Origin: an uncultured Gammaproteobacteria bacterium
GTDB taxonomy: Bacteria > Patescibacteriota > Patescibacteriia > UBA11705 > DATKZF01
DNA: 64,000 nucleotides
Reading direction: 5' to 3'
Assembly: GCA_964411255.1 (NCBI GenBank)
Contig: CAYPKD010000007.1
Span: 13,344 to 77,343 of the forward strand
Shown here: positions 1 through 9,336 of the stretch, one piece after another
Numbering within the stretch: position 1 is the stretch's first letter
Layout of the letters: each line of letters opens with the position of its first letter
Notes under the pieces: generated by a model
What the model was told of the DNA's origin: nothing
Seen by the model: the letters and a program-made list of their open reading frames with translations, nothing else
Databases searched by the model: none
Program-made: the position numbers and the translations under genes

Positions 1-73
1 GCGAGAAGCAAGAATTCTCTTACTCTCTCATGATCAGGACAATGGCAATGCTCATGTCTATAATACTTCAGGT

Positions 74-709
74 ATGGAATTTCCCATTCAGCTCAATGAT
101 GACTTTGACTGGTTAAAAAAATACAATGAGCTGGACATTGCTGATAAAATTGAACCAGGAGAATATATCCTGGCAGTAAAAGGAAATAGTAAACAAGACT
201 GGGACTTTCGAGAAGACACTGCCAATGCAGTTGCACAGGCACTGGCAAAAATGAGCCCGGTACTGAGGCAACGAGTAGAATTTCTCAAAAAGCAAAAGCA
301 CATTGGCAGAACAGTGATTGCCTTAGAGCAAATCATTCACCGGGTCGGCGACTATGTCAATTCTGGACTTTTGTCTGGCAACTGGATTATGCCGCTCGTT
401 TCTTTAGGCATTTTCCAGTCAGCCTGGCTGCTCGGTTTTTTAACCAGGCCTGAGATTAAAACCTCTCCAGAATACTTTGGAGCAATGATGTCTCAGCGCT
501 GGTTCGCAGTGATAATGGATGGGTTCTACAACAGCATGCGCCGGGCAATGAATCAAATCTTTATCAGGCTGGAAAAGCTGGAGAACGAAAACTTTGCCCA
601 GCAGCTGGAAATTGACAGAAACAACCGAACAGTTGATTTCCTAGTTAAAAAAATGGATATGCTTGACGGGCAGCTAAAAATGCTCAAGGCATACCATGGT
701 GTGAAATAA
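74..709 (+). CDS. hypothetical protein
   Basis: 211-aa ORF followed by a clean intrinsic terminator; no recognisable motif. Confidence 0.5.
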   Translation: MEFPIQLNDDFDWLKKYNELDIADKIEPGEYILAVKGNSKQDWDFREDTANAVAQALAKMSPVLRQRVEFLKKQKHIGRTVIALEQIIHRVGDYVNSGLLSGNWIMPLVSLGIFQSAWLLGFLTRPEIKTSPEYFGAMMSQRWFAVIMDGFYNSMRRAMNQIFIRLEKLENENFAQQLEIDRNNRTVDFLVKKMDMLDGQLKMLKAYHGVK

Positions 710-713
710 ATAT

Positions 714-745
714 CACCACCAGAATATTTCTGGTGGTCTTTTTTT
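714..745 (+). terminator. rho-independent terminator
   Basis: 9-bp stem caccaccag/ctggtggt followed by a T7 run right after the stop. Confidence 0.7.
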
Positions 746-840
746 AAAAAAAATATAAAATATAAAATAATGTAAAAAAAAGTCCCATCAGGGACTCCAA
801 ATTTTTAACTTTTGCTTTTTACTCTTTGATTTATTTTGAT

Positions 841-1614
841 TTATTCTGTTTTGTCTTTTGGCATTGTGTCTGTCTCTTCTTCAGGATAATATTCATATTC
901 CTTAAAAACCTCTTTTGACTTTTCTTCAAAAGCTTCTTCATCGTCTTCATTTTCAAGTATCTGTCCTATGCTCTTTTGGTCTTCGACCTCAACTTTTGGC
1001 TTTCTTTCTGAAAAAAGCAAAACAATTGAAATGCTCATAATCAAGCCAGCCAATAATCCCAAGAAGGCATTCACAATAAAATTTGGCTTGACCGGATACT
1101 GAGAAACCAATACGGCATCCACTATTTTTATTTCAATATTTGTAAAGCCAATATATTCCTGGCCTTGCAAAGTTAAAGTATATGCAATGGCATTTGCTAA
1201 TTCACTGGCTTTGTATTTGTCTTCATGATATACGATTATTTCCAAAATACCCGTTCCCTGCCTTACTCTGGTCTCTACAGTTCGGTTCCACTCTTTTCTT
1301 CTGTCATAATCTTCTTTTGGAAGCATATCATCTGAAATATCAAAACCTGCATCCATTACTTTATAATAAAAATTTGAAGTATATACCAACTGAGAAAGCG
1401 TATCAGCCACTCTTTCAGCAGATCTACTTGCACTATAAACGTCTAAATTAAGATCTCCTGTCTGAATGACCAAAAGGCTGGTTGAAGCAGAATATTTCAT
1501 TGGCTGAATTAAACTAAAAATTAATGACAAAAGTAAAATTACAGCTGTCACTATGATTATAGTCCCCTTCTTTTTATAAAGTAATGAAAAATTTATTGTG
1601 TCCTGTGTATTCAT
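841..1614 (-). CDS. Wzz/chain-length-determinant-like membrane protein (polysaccharide co-polymerase family)
   Basis: N- and C-terminal TM helices flanking a periplasmic domain in a GumC/Wzz-like arrangement; GGAGG RBS. Confidence 0.5.
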   Translation of the reverse strand: MNTQDTINFSLLYKKKGTIIIVTAVILLLSLIFSLIQPMKYSASTSLLVIQTGDLNLDVYSASRSAERVADTLSQLVYTSNFYYKVMDAGFDISDDMLPKEDYDRRKEWNRTVETRVRQGTGILEIIVYHEDKYKASELANAIAYTLTLQGQEYIGFTNIEIKIVDAVLVSQYPVKPNFIVNAFLGLLAGLIMSISIVLLFSERKPKVEVEDQKSIGQILENEDDEEAFEEKSKEVFKEYEYYPEEETDTMPKDKTE

Positions 1615-1639
1615 ACCTCCTAATTATAGCACCTTTCCA

Positions 1640-2773
1640 CTATTTTGTCAAAGAGAGATTTATTTCTATTTCTTTTTCCTCTCTTAAAATAGTAAATGTA
1701 AGTTCTTGTTCAGGCTTATAAGACTGAATTATATTTGTTAAAGAATTTTCTTCTTTTATTATTTCGCCTTCAATCTCAAGGATAATGTCATTTGCCATTA
1801 AACCCGCCTTTTGCGCCGGACTGTCTGACAAAACAGCAACCTTTCCTTCAGCACCGAATATTAATGCGCCTTTATTTTGTTCAGCATATTTTTCCCAGCC
1901 AATTGCTTCACTCAAATCAATATAATGAATGCCCAATATATTTCTAGCAATTGTACTTTCAGATATTGCCTGCTTTATAATGCTTTGTATATTATCGATT
2001 GGAATAACTAAATTATCTGAGGTGACAATACCAAAAACCTGGCCATTCAAATTCACTACTGGCGCGCCAAGCCATTTTTTATCAAGAACATCAGTGAGTG
2101 CAATATTTTTATAATACGTCTCAGATGAGTGAATTAAATCCCCTCGTTTATTTATTGGATTGTAATAAAGACACTCAATGCTGCTCGGAAAAATTTCAGT
2201 TGTTGAAACAATCAAAGCTGTCTGTCCGCTGGTTAAAAAATCACGATTAGTTAAATTAGCAACTGGCAAATTGTCTGTTTTGATTTTCACAAAACAGGCA
2301 TCAGTGCTGGTGTCGCATACAAAAGATTCAACCTGATAAATATCTTTTTCAAAAGAAACCACCAGCTCAGCTCTGTTTTCGGTGACAACTTTTTTATCAG
2401 TCAATATCCAGCCATCAGCAGTCAGTACTATCCCGCTGCCTATAAATTCATTATCCAGCATAATATCGCTCCAGGCGCCAATTCTGCTTTTATCAAGATA
2501 AAACTTTACCAAAGCCGGACGCACGCTTTCTATGGTCTGACTGATCGAAATATCTTTTTCTGCTAAAATGTCTTTTAACTTTTTTTCCTGCTTTTCTGTT
2601 AAAGCATTAAGCCGCTGAGTCAATGTTTCTATTTTTTGGTCATCAGCAGTACCGGTTAATAAAAAATCATTCAGCCATAATTGTCCTACCAGTCCAGCGC
2701 CAAAACCAACTAAAATAGAGATGATAACCACTATTAAAATTTGCTTATAAAATTTAAAACTTTTTTTATTCAT
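1640..2773 (-). CDS. HtrA/DegP-family serine protease with C-terminal PDZ domain
   Basis: N-terminal TM, trypsin-like core (GSGIVLTADGWILTD) and PDZ-like segment (GALIFGAEGKVAVLSDSPAQKAGLMANDIILEIEGE). Confidence 0.75.
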   Translation of the reverse strand: MNKKSFKFYKQILIVVIISILVGFGAGLVGQLWLNDFLLTGTADDQKIETLTQRLNALTEKQEKKLKDILAEKDISISQTIESVRPALVKFYLDKSRIGAWSDIMLDNEFIGSGIVLTADGWILTDKKVVTENRAELVVSFEKDIYQVESFVCDTSTDACFVKIKTDNLPVANLTNRDFLTSGQTALIVSTTEIFPSSIECLYYNPINKRGDLIHSSETYYKNIALTDVLDKKWLGAPVVNLNGQVFGIVTSDNLVIPIDNIQSIIKQAISESTIARNILGIHYIDLSEAIGWEKYAEQNKGALIFGAEGKVAVLSDSPAQKAGLMANDIILEIEGEIIKEENSLTNIIQSYKPEQELTFTILREEKEIEINLSLTK

Positions 2774-2774
2774 A

Positions 2775-3536
2775 TTATACCCATTGTGCAGTCGCTAAAA
2801 TTGCGATTAAACAAACTGCACTTACTATTACAAAATTAATAATCTTTTTATTATTTAAATTCCCTAACAAAAAGTACCGAGACAACCCTGTCATCAGATA
2901 AAAGGCTACGGTCAAGATCAGAGCATTGATAAAAAAACTGGTTGGCAAATAATAAATCGCACTAAAAAGTTCGACCAACACAACAGCAATTGTAAAAACG
3001 AAAACATTGCTTTCCCTGAATTTTATTTTATTCACCCAAAACAGTTGATATGACAAAAGCATACAAACAGCCAGTACTGGAACAACCAAATATATTATTT
3101 TTACCTTTATAAAAATTATTAAGGCGTATATAAATGCGAAAAAAACAAAACAAACTATTAAATTCAAATACCATGAAAAATTTTCCAAAGAATACGGCTG
3201 ATATCTTTTCGGATAAAATTTGTAGTCTAATATTCTTCCTAAATATATAAATAGAAAAATGCTTACTGCGGCGGCAAACACATGATAGAACAAATTATTT
3301 TCAACAAACAGTACAAACGCTATGCAAGAACAAACATAAATCAAAGGACTGATTAAAAAACTAAAAAATTCGATATTTATTTTTTTTCTGGTAAATGACC
3401 ACAAAGTTAAAATCACCAAAACAACAACTATTGGTGAAATTATCCAGAGCCACTTCTCTTTATATATTAAAATTTCAAATGTTAGTAATAAAGAAAGCGG
3501 GGTCAAAAATTGCAGTAATTTGTTTAACAAAAACAT
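2775..3536 (-). CDS. polytopic integral membrane protein, hypothetical
   Basis: About 8 predicted TM helices; its stop abuts the HtrA start, suggesting an operon. Confidence 0.5.
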   Translation of the reverse strand: MFLLNKLLQFLTPLSLLLTFEILIYKEKWLWIISPIVVVLVILTLWSFTRKKINIEFFSFLISPLIYVCSCIAFVLFVENNLFYHVFAAAVSIFLFIYLGRILDYKFYPKRYQPYSLENFSWYLNLIVCFVFFAFIYALIIFIKVKIIYLVVPVLAVCMLLSYQLFWVNKIKFRESNVFVFTIAVVLVELFSAIYYLPTSFFINALILTVAFYLMTGLSRYFLLGNLNNKKIINFVIVSAVCLIAILATAQWV

Positions 3537-3538
3537 AA

Positions 3539-4591
3539 TTAACTATTTGGCTTGGCTTGTAATTTACCTAATGACTCTTTTTCTTCAAAAAGCTCCTTGA
3601 TGACAATACTGATAGCAGTCGCCACTGGAATGGCCAGTACTGCGCCAAGCACACCTCCTACTTTTGCGCCTATCAACAACGCCACTACACTTATAATTGG
3701 ATTAAGTCCCACTGCCTTTTGCATTATTTTCGGTACTAGCAAATGATTTTCAAGCTGTTGAATAATGACAAACAATATTAATACAAATAAAGCCTTTATC
3801 GGAGATTGCACAAATGCCAAAAATATCGCTGGGATAGCACTAATTACCGGACCAATATAGGGGATAAATTCTCCAATTGCAGCTATCAATGCTAGTACTA
3901 AAGCATATTTTACTCCTAATATCAATAGCCCGAAATATGACAAAATACCAATAATTAAACTCAGGATTAACTGGCCCTTTAACCAGGAACCGATTTTCTT
4001 TTGAATCTTATTAATTAACTGAACAGAAAAATCCTGATATTTTGCCGGCACTACAGAACGAGTGGTTCTCTTTATAGCATCTTCTTCTACTGTCATGTAA
4101 AAAGTGATGACTAAAATCAATAAAAATGAAAGCAAACCGCCAAAGATATTTGCTATAGTTGAAAAAATTCCTCCAACCGCACTGGTCAAGCCTGAGCTGA
4201 TAGCGCCCGCATTGTCCTGGCTTTGTTCAAATCCAAACCTGGAAGCATAATCCTGCACAAATGAAAAAGCCTCATTTACCCGATTAAAATACTGAGGCAC
4301 CTGGTCAGCTAATTCAGAAATCTGTTCTGCAATTGGCGGAATGATTAAAATAACAGCAGAACCAACCACGGCAATTGCCACTAAATAAATGATTAAAACG
4401 CTGACTCCGCGCGGGATCTTTTTATTTTGCAAATAATCTACCCAAGTATCAATGGCTGAAGCAAAAATTAAAGATACAAAAATTAGAGCTAATACATCCT
4501 TAATCAAATATAAAAAATACAACCCTAATATGACTAAGAAAAATTTCAAAATTGAAATAAATGAAATGCTAAAAGTTTTATAATTTTTCAT
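3539..4591 (-). CDS. AI-2E family transporter (PerM/YhhT-like)
   Basis: 350 aa, multi-TM, conserved C-terminal AI-2E block (GEFIPYIGPVISAIPAIFLAFVQSP). Confidence 0.75.
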   Translation of the reverse strand: MKNYKTFSISFISILKFFLVILGLYFLYLIKDVLALIFVSLIFASAIDTWVDYLQNKKIPRGVSVLIIYLVAIAVVGSAVILIIPPIAEQISELADQVPQYFNRVNEAFSFVQDYASRFGFEQSQDNAGAISSGLTSAVGGIFSTIANIFGGLLSFLLILVITFYMTVEEDAIKRTTRSVVPAKYQDFSVQLINKIQKKIGSWLKGQLILSLIIGILSYFGLLILGVKYALVLALIAAIGEFIPYIGPVISAIPAIFLAFVQSPIKALFVLILFVIIQQLENHLLVPKIMQKAVGLNPIISVVALLIGAKVGGVLGAVLAIPVATAISIVIKELFEEKESLGKLQAKPNS

Positions 4592-4843
4592 AAAAATTAA
4601 AAAAATAATTTATGTTTTAATTATACAATGAATCATAGATTTTTTCCAACTTCACTTGACAAAAAAACAAAATGTATTTTAATTTGTTTTTATTGACATT
4701 TATAGTTAAATATTGATAAGCTAAAATATTCTTGGGTCAGAATGGTTTTCATTCTGTTGCCAAGATGTGTAGTCCATTAACAATGTGTGGAGGGGATATG
4801 ACACTGAAAAGAAAAATTCCACAAATAGGAAGGAGGTCTAGAG

Positions 4844-5587
4844 GTGACCCTTGCTGAACTTTTCGAATGGTATAATGTAGGCTACTTTGGAGCCTTTTCT
4901 TTAGCTGTGCTTTTTTTAATTTTAGCAATCATGGGCGTTGGTGAACATGATACTGACGCAGATGTAGATCATGACCTTGAGCTTGATCATGACATAGATC
5001 ATGATCTTGAACTCGATCATAATGTTGATCATGATGTTGATCATGATGTTGATCATGATATTGAAGGGCATGTAGAAAGTGCTGGTCTTGGCCATGCTCT
5101 GATGTCTTTGATTGGCATTGGAAAATGTCCGCTTTCAATCATAATCATGAGCTTTCTGTTACTGTACACCTTAATCGGCATTGGTTCCAATATGATCTTA
5201 AAACATATTCTGTTTGAGCCTGTAATTTTTGGATCAATATCCTATATCGGCGCAGCCATTGCTGGTTTCTTTTTAACCGGTCTTTTGGCCAGAGGCATTG
5301 GTAAACTTTTGCCCACAAAAGAAACTTACATTCAAGGCAAAAAAGGCCTGCTTGGTAAAATCGGCGAAGCAGTATATGATTTCACAAAACCTGAAGGCTT
5401 CATTCAGGTGATTGACGACAACCAAACTCTTCATGAAGTAAGAGCCAGAAATACCTCTGGCAAAGAAATTAAAAGAGGACAAAAAGTTTTAGTTTATCAG
5501 TATGACAGAGAAAACGAAATTTATATCATTGATGAACTACCACCAGAACTAGCCTCGTTTGAAAAAACGGAGAGGGGGCCGATGTGA
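4844..5587 (+). CDS. NfeD-like membrane protein with C-terminal OB-fold and an N-terminal His/Asp repeat insert
   Basis: GTG start with AGGAGG RBS; TM helices plus C-terminal beta-rich OB domain; 4-nt overlap with the downstream flotillin gene, which is the usual NfeD-SPFH pairing. Confidence 0.7.
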   Translation: MTLAELFEWYNVGYFGAFSLAVLFLILAIMGVGEHDTDADVDHDLELDHDIDHDLELDHNVDHDVDHDVDHDIEGHVESAGLGHALMSLIGIGKCPLSIIIMSFLLLYTLIGIGSNMILKHILFEPVIFGSISYIGAAIAGFFLTGLLARGIGKLLPTKETYIQGKKGLLGKIGEAVYDFTKPEGFIQVIDDNQTLHEVRARNTSGKEIKRGQKVLVYQYDRENEIYIIDELPPELASFEKTERGPM

Positions 5588-7677
5588 TCGGATTCATTCT
5601 TTGGTTCTTAGTTTCAATCTCTTTTATTGCTCTACCTTTTATTCTACCAGCTTTTACAGCAATTGAATTTTCAGGATCAACTCAAATGATTTTAATGGTT
5701 GTTGGAATTGCATCTCTGCTGGCTTTGGTAATTTTGGTAGTAATTACCAAGCTTTATCAAAAGACAAGCGCAAATGAAGCCCTGGTCCGAACAGGCATGG
5801 GCGGTAAAAAGGTTGTTCTTGACGGTGGAATCCTTTATATTCCTGTCCTACATAAAATTCTACGTATCAATCTGGAAACAATGCGGCTTGATGTTAAGAG
5901 AGACGGCAAAGATGCGCTGATCACCAGTGACTCTTTGCGAGCCAATGTAGCCAGTCAATTCTATATTAAAGTAAAGGCAGAAGACACAGATGTTACAAAT
6001 GCATCCAGGTCTTTAGGTGAAAAGTCAGTTGAGCCTAATGCGGTAAAAGAACTTGTTTTTGAAAAATTGGTTTCAGCTCTTCGTACTGTAGCTGCTAAAT
6101 CTACGCTTTTCGAGCTTAATAGTGAGAGAGAAAGATTTAGTGAAGATGTAAAGGTGCAGGTAGAAAAAGAACTTACGCACAATGGTCTGACTCTTGAGTC
6201 TGTTACCATTTCAGAACTTGACCAGGCTGATGTTAGTCAAATGAGAAAAGATAATGTTTTTGATGCTAATGGTTTGAAGCGTGTGGCTGAAATTACTCAA
6301 GCCGCACTTGCTGATACTAATGAATTAGAGCGAGATGCAGAAAAGCAAATTGCTGCCAAAGACGTTGAAACGAAAAAAAGAATTCTTAGTCTTGAGCTTG
6401 AACAGCGGCAGGCAGAAGCTGAGCAGCGCCGTGATGTAGCTAATGCTCAGGCAGAATCTGATCGTCTAGCTGCTGAATTTAAAATTGAGCAGGACCAGAA
6501 AGTTTCTGAACGTGACGTAGAAAAAGAACGGGCAGTCAAGGCTGCTCAAATTGAAGCAAATCAAAAACTGGTTTTAACTGAACGGGAAAAAGAACTTGCT
6601 GAGGTTGAAAAAGCCAAGGCGATTGAAACTGCTAATCGTGAAAAGCAGGCAGCAATCATTAAAGCTGAAGAAAAAAAGCAGGTAGCTGATGTTCAGCGCG
6701 AAAAAGCTGTTGAGGTTGCTAGCCGCGACCAGCAAATCGCTATTGCTCAAAAAGAAGAAGAGAGAGCCAAAGCTGAAGCCCAGCGCCTGTCTGCTGAAGC
6801 AGAACGGGAAACTGAGGCTCAGGGTGTAAAAACAGTTGAAGAAGTAAAAACTGCTGAGCGTGACAAGCAAAAGCAGGTTATTAAAGCTCAGGCTGAAGCT
6901 GAAACACGCTATGTTGAAAAACAACGTGATGCTGATGCTCAGGCTTATGAACTTAAAGCTCTGGCTGAAGGGAAGAAAGAAGCTGCTGATGCAGATGCTT
7001 TTGCCAAGACCAGAGCTGCAGAAGCTGATAAAGAAGCGGCTGAGAAGCGTGCTCTTGGTGAACAGGCTGAACAAATGGTCCCGGTCCATGTTGCTCAAAA
7101 GCAGGTTGAAGTTGAGCGTGCCAAGGCCAAGATTGAAGTCGATGTTGCTGAAAAGCAGGTCGAAGTCGATCGCCAGGCTGTTGAAGTTCAGGATGCCCGG
7201 GTGGCTGTTGAACGAAAAGATCTGGAAAACAGAGAAAAATTCGGACGAGCAGCTTTGGACTTTGAACTTGAAAAGGTTCGAATCTCCAGGTCTGCTGAAG
7301 TCAGTATTGAAACTGCCAGAGCAATGGCTACATTCCTGCATAAGGCAGATATCACCGTCTTCGGAGATCCAGGCACTATGGCAAGCATGCATGAAAAGTT
7401 CATGGGATCAATGGGTATGTCAACTGGACTTGAAGGTTTCTTTGCTGGGTTGAAAAAAGACAGCAATGGTAATGGTCAGGCAAAAGCATTGGTAGACAAA
7501 ATTGTCGGGTCAGCTACTGGATTGGTAGATGGTTTGGCTGAATTTTTGAAAAAAGAACGCGGGATGAAACCCAAGGAAGCAGGTGAAATGGCTGAACAAA
7601 TTGCTGACCACCTGAAAAGTATGGGATCACCTACTACTCCTGTAGTTGATCCACCTCCAACTCCTGCAAAACACTAA
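5584..7677 (+). CDS. flotillin-like SPFH/band-7 domain protein (YqiK family) with long EA-rich coiled coil
   Basis: N-terminal TM, SPFH domain, about 300-aa Glu/Ala/Lys/Gln coiled coil; translationally coupled to the NfeD gene. Confidence 0.8.
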   Translation: MIGFILWFLVSISFIALPFILPAFTAIEFSGSTQMILMVVGIASLLALVILVVITKLYQKTSANEALVRTGMGGKKVVLDGGILYIPVLHKILRINLETMRLDVKRDGKDALITSDSLRANVASQFYIKVKAEDTDVTNASRSLGEKSVEPNAVKELVFEKLVSALRTVAAKSTLFELNSERERFSEDVKVQVEKELTHNGLTLESVTISELDQADVSQMRKDNVFDANGLKRVAEITQAALADTNELERDAEKQIAAKDVETKKRILSLELEQRQAEAEQRRDVANAQAESDRLAAEFKIEQDQKVSERDVEKERAVKAAQIEANQKLVLTEREKELAEVEKAKAIETANREKQAAIIKAEEKKQVADVQREKAVEVASRDQQIAIAQKEEERAKAEAQRLSAEAERETEAQGVKTVEEVKTAERDKQKQVIKAQAEAETRYVEKQRDADAQAYELKALAEGKKEAADADAFAKTRAAEADKEAAEKRALGEQAEQMVPVHVAQKQVEVERAKAKIEVDVAEKQVEVDRQAVEVQDARVAVERKDLENREKFGRAALDFELEKVRISRSAEVSIETARAMATFLHKADITVFGDPGTMASMHEKFMGSMGMSTGLEGFFAGLKKDSNGNGQAKALVDKIVGSATGLVDGLAEFLKKERGMKPKEAGEMAEQIADHLKSMGSPTTPVVDPPPTPAKH

Positions 7678-7767
7678 AAATTCGAGCAACTAGGCTTTAT
7701 TCTGACACCTATTTAAATGGAGAATAGGGAAAACTCAAAGTAAAGCGTCTTTGTTTGAATCTACATA

Positions 7768-7796
7768 CCGGAAAATAATATTTTCCGGTTTTTTTC
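7768..7796 (+). terminator. rho-independent terminator after the flotillin gene
   Basis: ccggaaaat/attttccgg stem followed by a T7 run. Confidence 0.75.
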
Positions 7797-7854
7797 TTAA
7801 TGATTATTTAGTTTAGCTAAAATTAGCCAAAAAATTACATATTTTAAAAAACGC

Positions 7855-7883
7855 TTGACAAAATTTTTAATTTCTGCTACTAT
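7855..7883 (+). promoter_or_regulatory. sigma70-like promoter (TTGACA-17-TACTAT) driving a long structured leader or ncRNA upstream of smpB
   Basis: Consensus -35 and a good -10 with 17-nt spacing. Confidence 0.6.
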
Positions 7884-8352
7884 GAAGTGTTTGCTATGAG
7901 CAGACAAATAATCGTTCTTTATTATCGAGCAATACGCTCTCCTTACGTGGGCATACGTTTAGACGCTGTTTCTAAGTAAATAACCTCTAAACATGTGCCC
8001 ACGGAGGGGCGTATGGCCCCCGTTAAAGGGGGGACGAATGCTTGAATTACATCTAACTCACGACCTTCGGGTCTGAGCTGGGCATCAAGCCTTCCCTCCT
8101 ATGTGACGCACATATTTTTAAGAAGGACAGTAACAAATAGGCACAAAATAACACAAGAGAAAACACAGAATAATAATACACACACCAGAGCTTTGAAAGA
8201 ATTTTTACCCCACTCCTCCACCCCATGCTTGCCCCCCCAAACCCCCATGCTTACTTTCATTTCTCTCTCGTATTATTTCCTCTTTATTTTCTCACCGCCT
8301 ATTTCCACCCACTGTCCTTTCTTCTTTTTTAAAAAAAAATTATAATATATAC

Positions 8353-8805
8353 ATGAAAACGATTATAAACAAACAAGCAAGATTTGATTATGAGATCCTG
8401 GATAAATTCGAGGCTGGATTAGTATTAACAGGACCAGAAGTAAAATCTGTAAAAAATGGACAAATTAACCTAAAGGGATCATATGTAACTGTAAAACATG
8501 AACCAAAATCTGAAATTTATTTAATAAATGCACATATTTCAAAATACAAACCTGCAGGAGAGCAGCCAAAATATGAACCAACACGCTCAAGAAAATTGCT
8601 TTTGCATAAGAAGGAAATCAATAAATTATTGGGTATACTGCAGCAAAAAGGCTTGACATTAGCACCACTTCGGGTGTATACTAAGCACAATCGCATTAAA
8701 TTGGAATTTGGAGTTGGCAGAGGTAAAAAGAAATTTGAAAAAAAGGAATCAATGAAAAAAAGAGATACAAAACGCCAGATTCAAAGAGCGATGAAGCAAC
8801 ATTAA
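8353..8805 (+). CDS. smpB: SsrA-binding protein SmpB
   Basis: 150-aa SmpB-like sequence with basic C-tail; its cognate tmRNA gene lies immediately downstream. Confidence 0.9.
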   Translation: MKTIINKQARFDYEILDKFEAGLVLTGPEVKSVKNGQINLKGSYVTVKHEPKSEIYLINAHISKYKPAGEQPKYEPTRSRKLLLHKKEINKLLGILQQKGLTLAPLRVYTKHNRIKLEFGVGRGKKKFEKKESMKKRDTKRQIQRAMKQH

Positions 8806-8885
8806 ATCATAGATCATGGAACATGAATCATGGATCAAGGCAATTTTTTTGATCTATGATGTATGATACATGATACATGACTAAA
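8806..8885 (+). repeat. intergenic hairpin repeat, copy 1 (ATCATGGAACATGRATCAT family)
   Basis: 11-bp inverted repeat atcatagatca/tgatctatgat around an ATCATGG-rich core; a homologous copy follows rpmI. Confidence 0.55.
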
Positions 8886-9269
8886 GGGGATGATCGGCTT
8901 CGATGGGAATCAAAAATTATAAATGTGCGAATATGAGCTGCTAAATGCTCATTAAAACTTTGGCAATCAAATAAGTGCTAAAAATGTACTAGCAAAAGTA
9001 AAGAGCGCATTTGCTGCTCCAGCTTTTGCACCTGTTGTTGCTTAATAGCATACAACCGCTTATCTGCTGACACTCGATAGGTAGTATAAGCGCCATTATC
9101 GAGATAGGCTGTCTGGTGCCAGACTGGCAGTTGAAATTAACTTGGCTTTAGCTTATTAGGATTTTGTTTGTTTCTACCTTCTATGCTGAACTTATAAACA
9201 AACTACTTTTCGTAGAAGCATTTATAGTTTAATTTCCAGACGCGGGTTCAATTCCCGCCATCTCCACCA
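8886..9269 (+). ncRNA. ssrA: tmRNA (SsrA)
   Basis: 5' GGGGATGATCGGCTTCGATGGG pairs with 3' CATCTCC-ACCA to form an acceptor stem with a G3-U70 wobble; T-arm GCGGGTTCAATTCCCGC; internal tag ORF ends GCT TAA TAG; located right after smpB. Confidence 0.85.
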
Positions 9270-9289
9270 TTCTTCGCGCTAGCGAAGAA
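9270..9289 (+). other. hairpin immediately 3' of tmRNA (processing or termination structure)
   Basis: 8-bp stem ttcttcgc/gcgaagaa with loop gcta; no clear U-tract. Confidence 0.4.
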
Positions 9290-9336
9290 TGAATGGAATT
9301 ACCATGCATTATTAATAAATTAATTATCAAAAACCA

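Noticed and set aside
5961-7466. Antisense or alternate-frame ORFs inside the flotillin gene (5961..6209, 6574..7392, 6860..7453, 7188..7466)
   Set aside because: They are embedded in the repetitive GAA/GCT-rich coiled-coil coding region and give low-complexity translations with no start signals. The sense flotillin frame explains the region.
7890-8100. Structured segment considered as the tmRNA or RNase P RNA
   Set aside because: It lacks a tRNA-like acceptor/T-arm and the RNase P P4/CR-I motifs. A bona fide tmRNA with G3-U70 and CCA lies at 8886-9269 after smpB.
8103-8345. 80-aa ORF (Pro/Thr-rich) upstream of smpB
   Set aside because: It lies entirely in the C/T-rich low-complexity leader, has no RBS and is compositionally driven. 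It is treated as non-coding leader or ncRNA.
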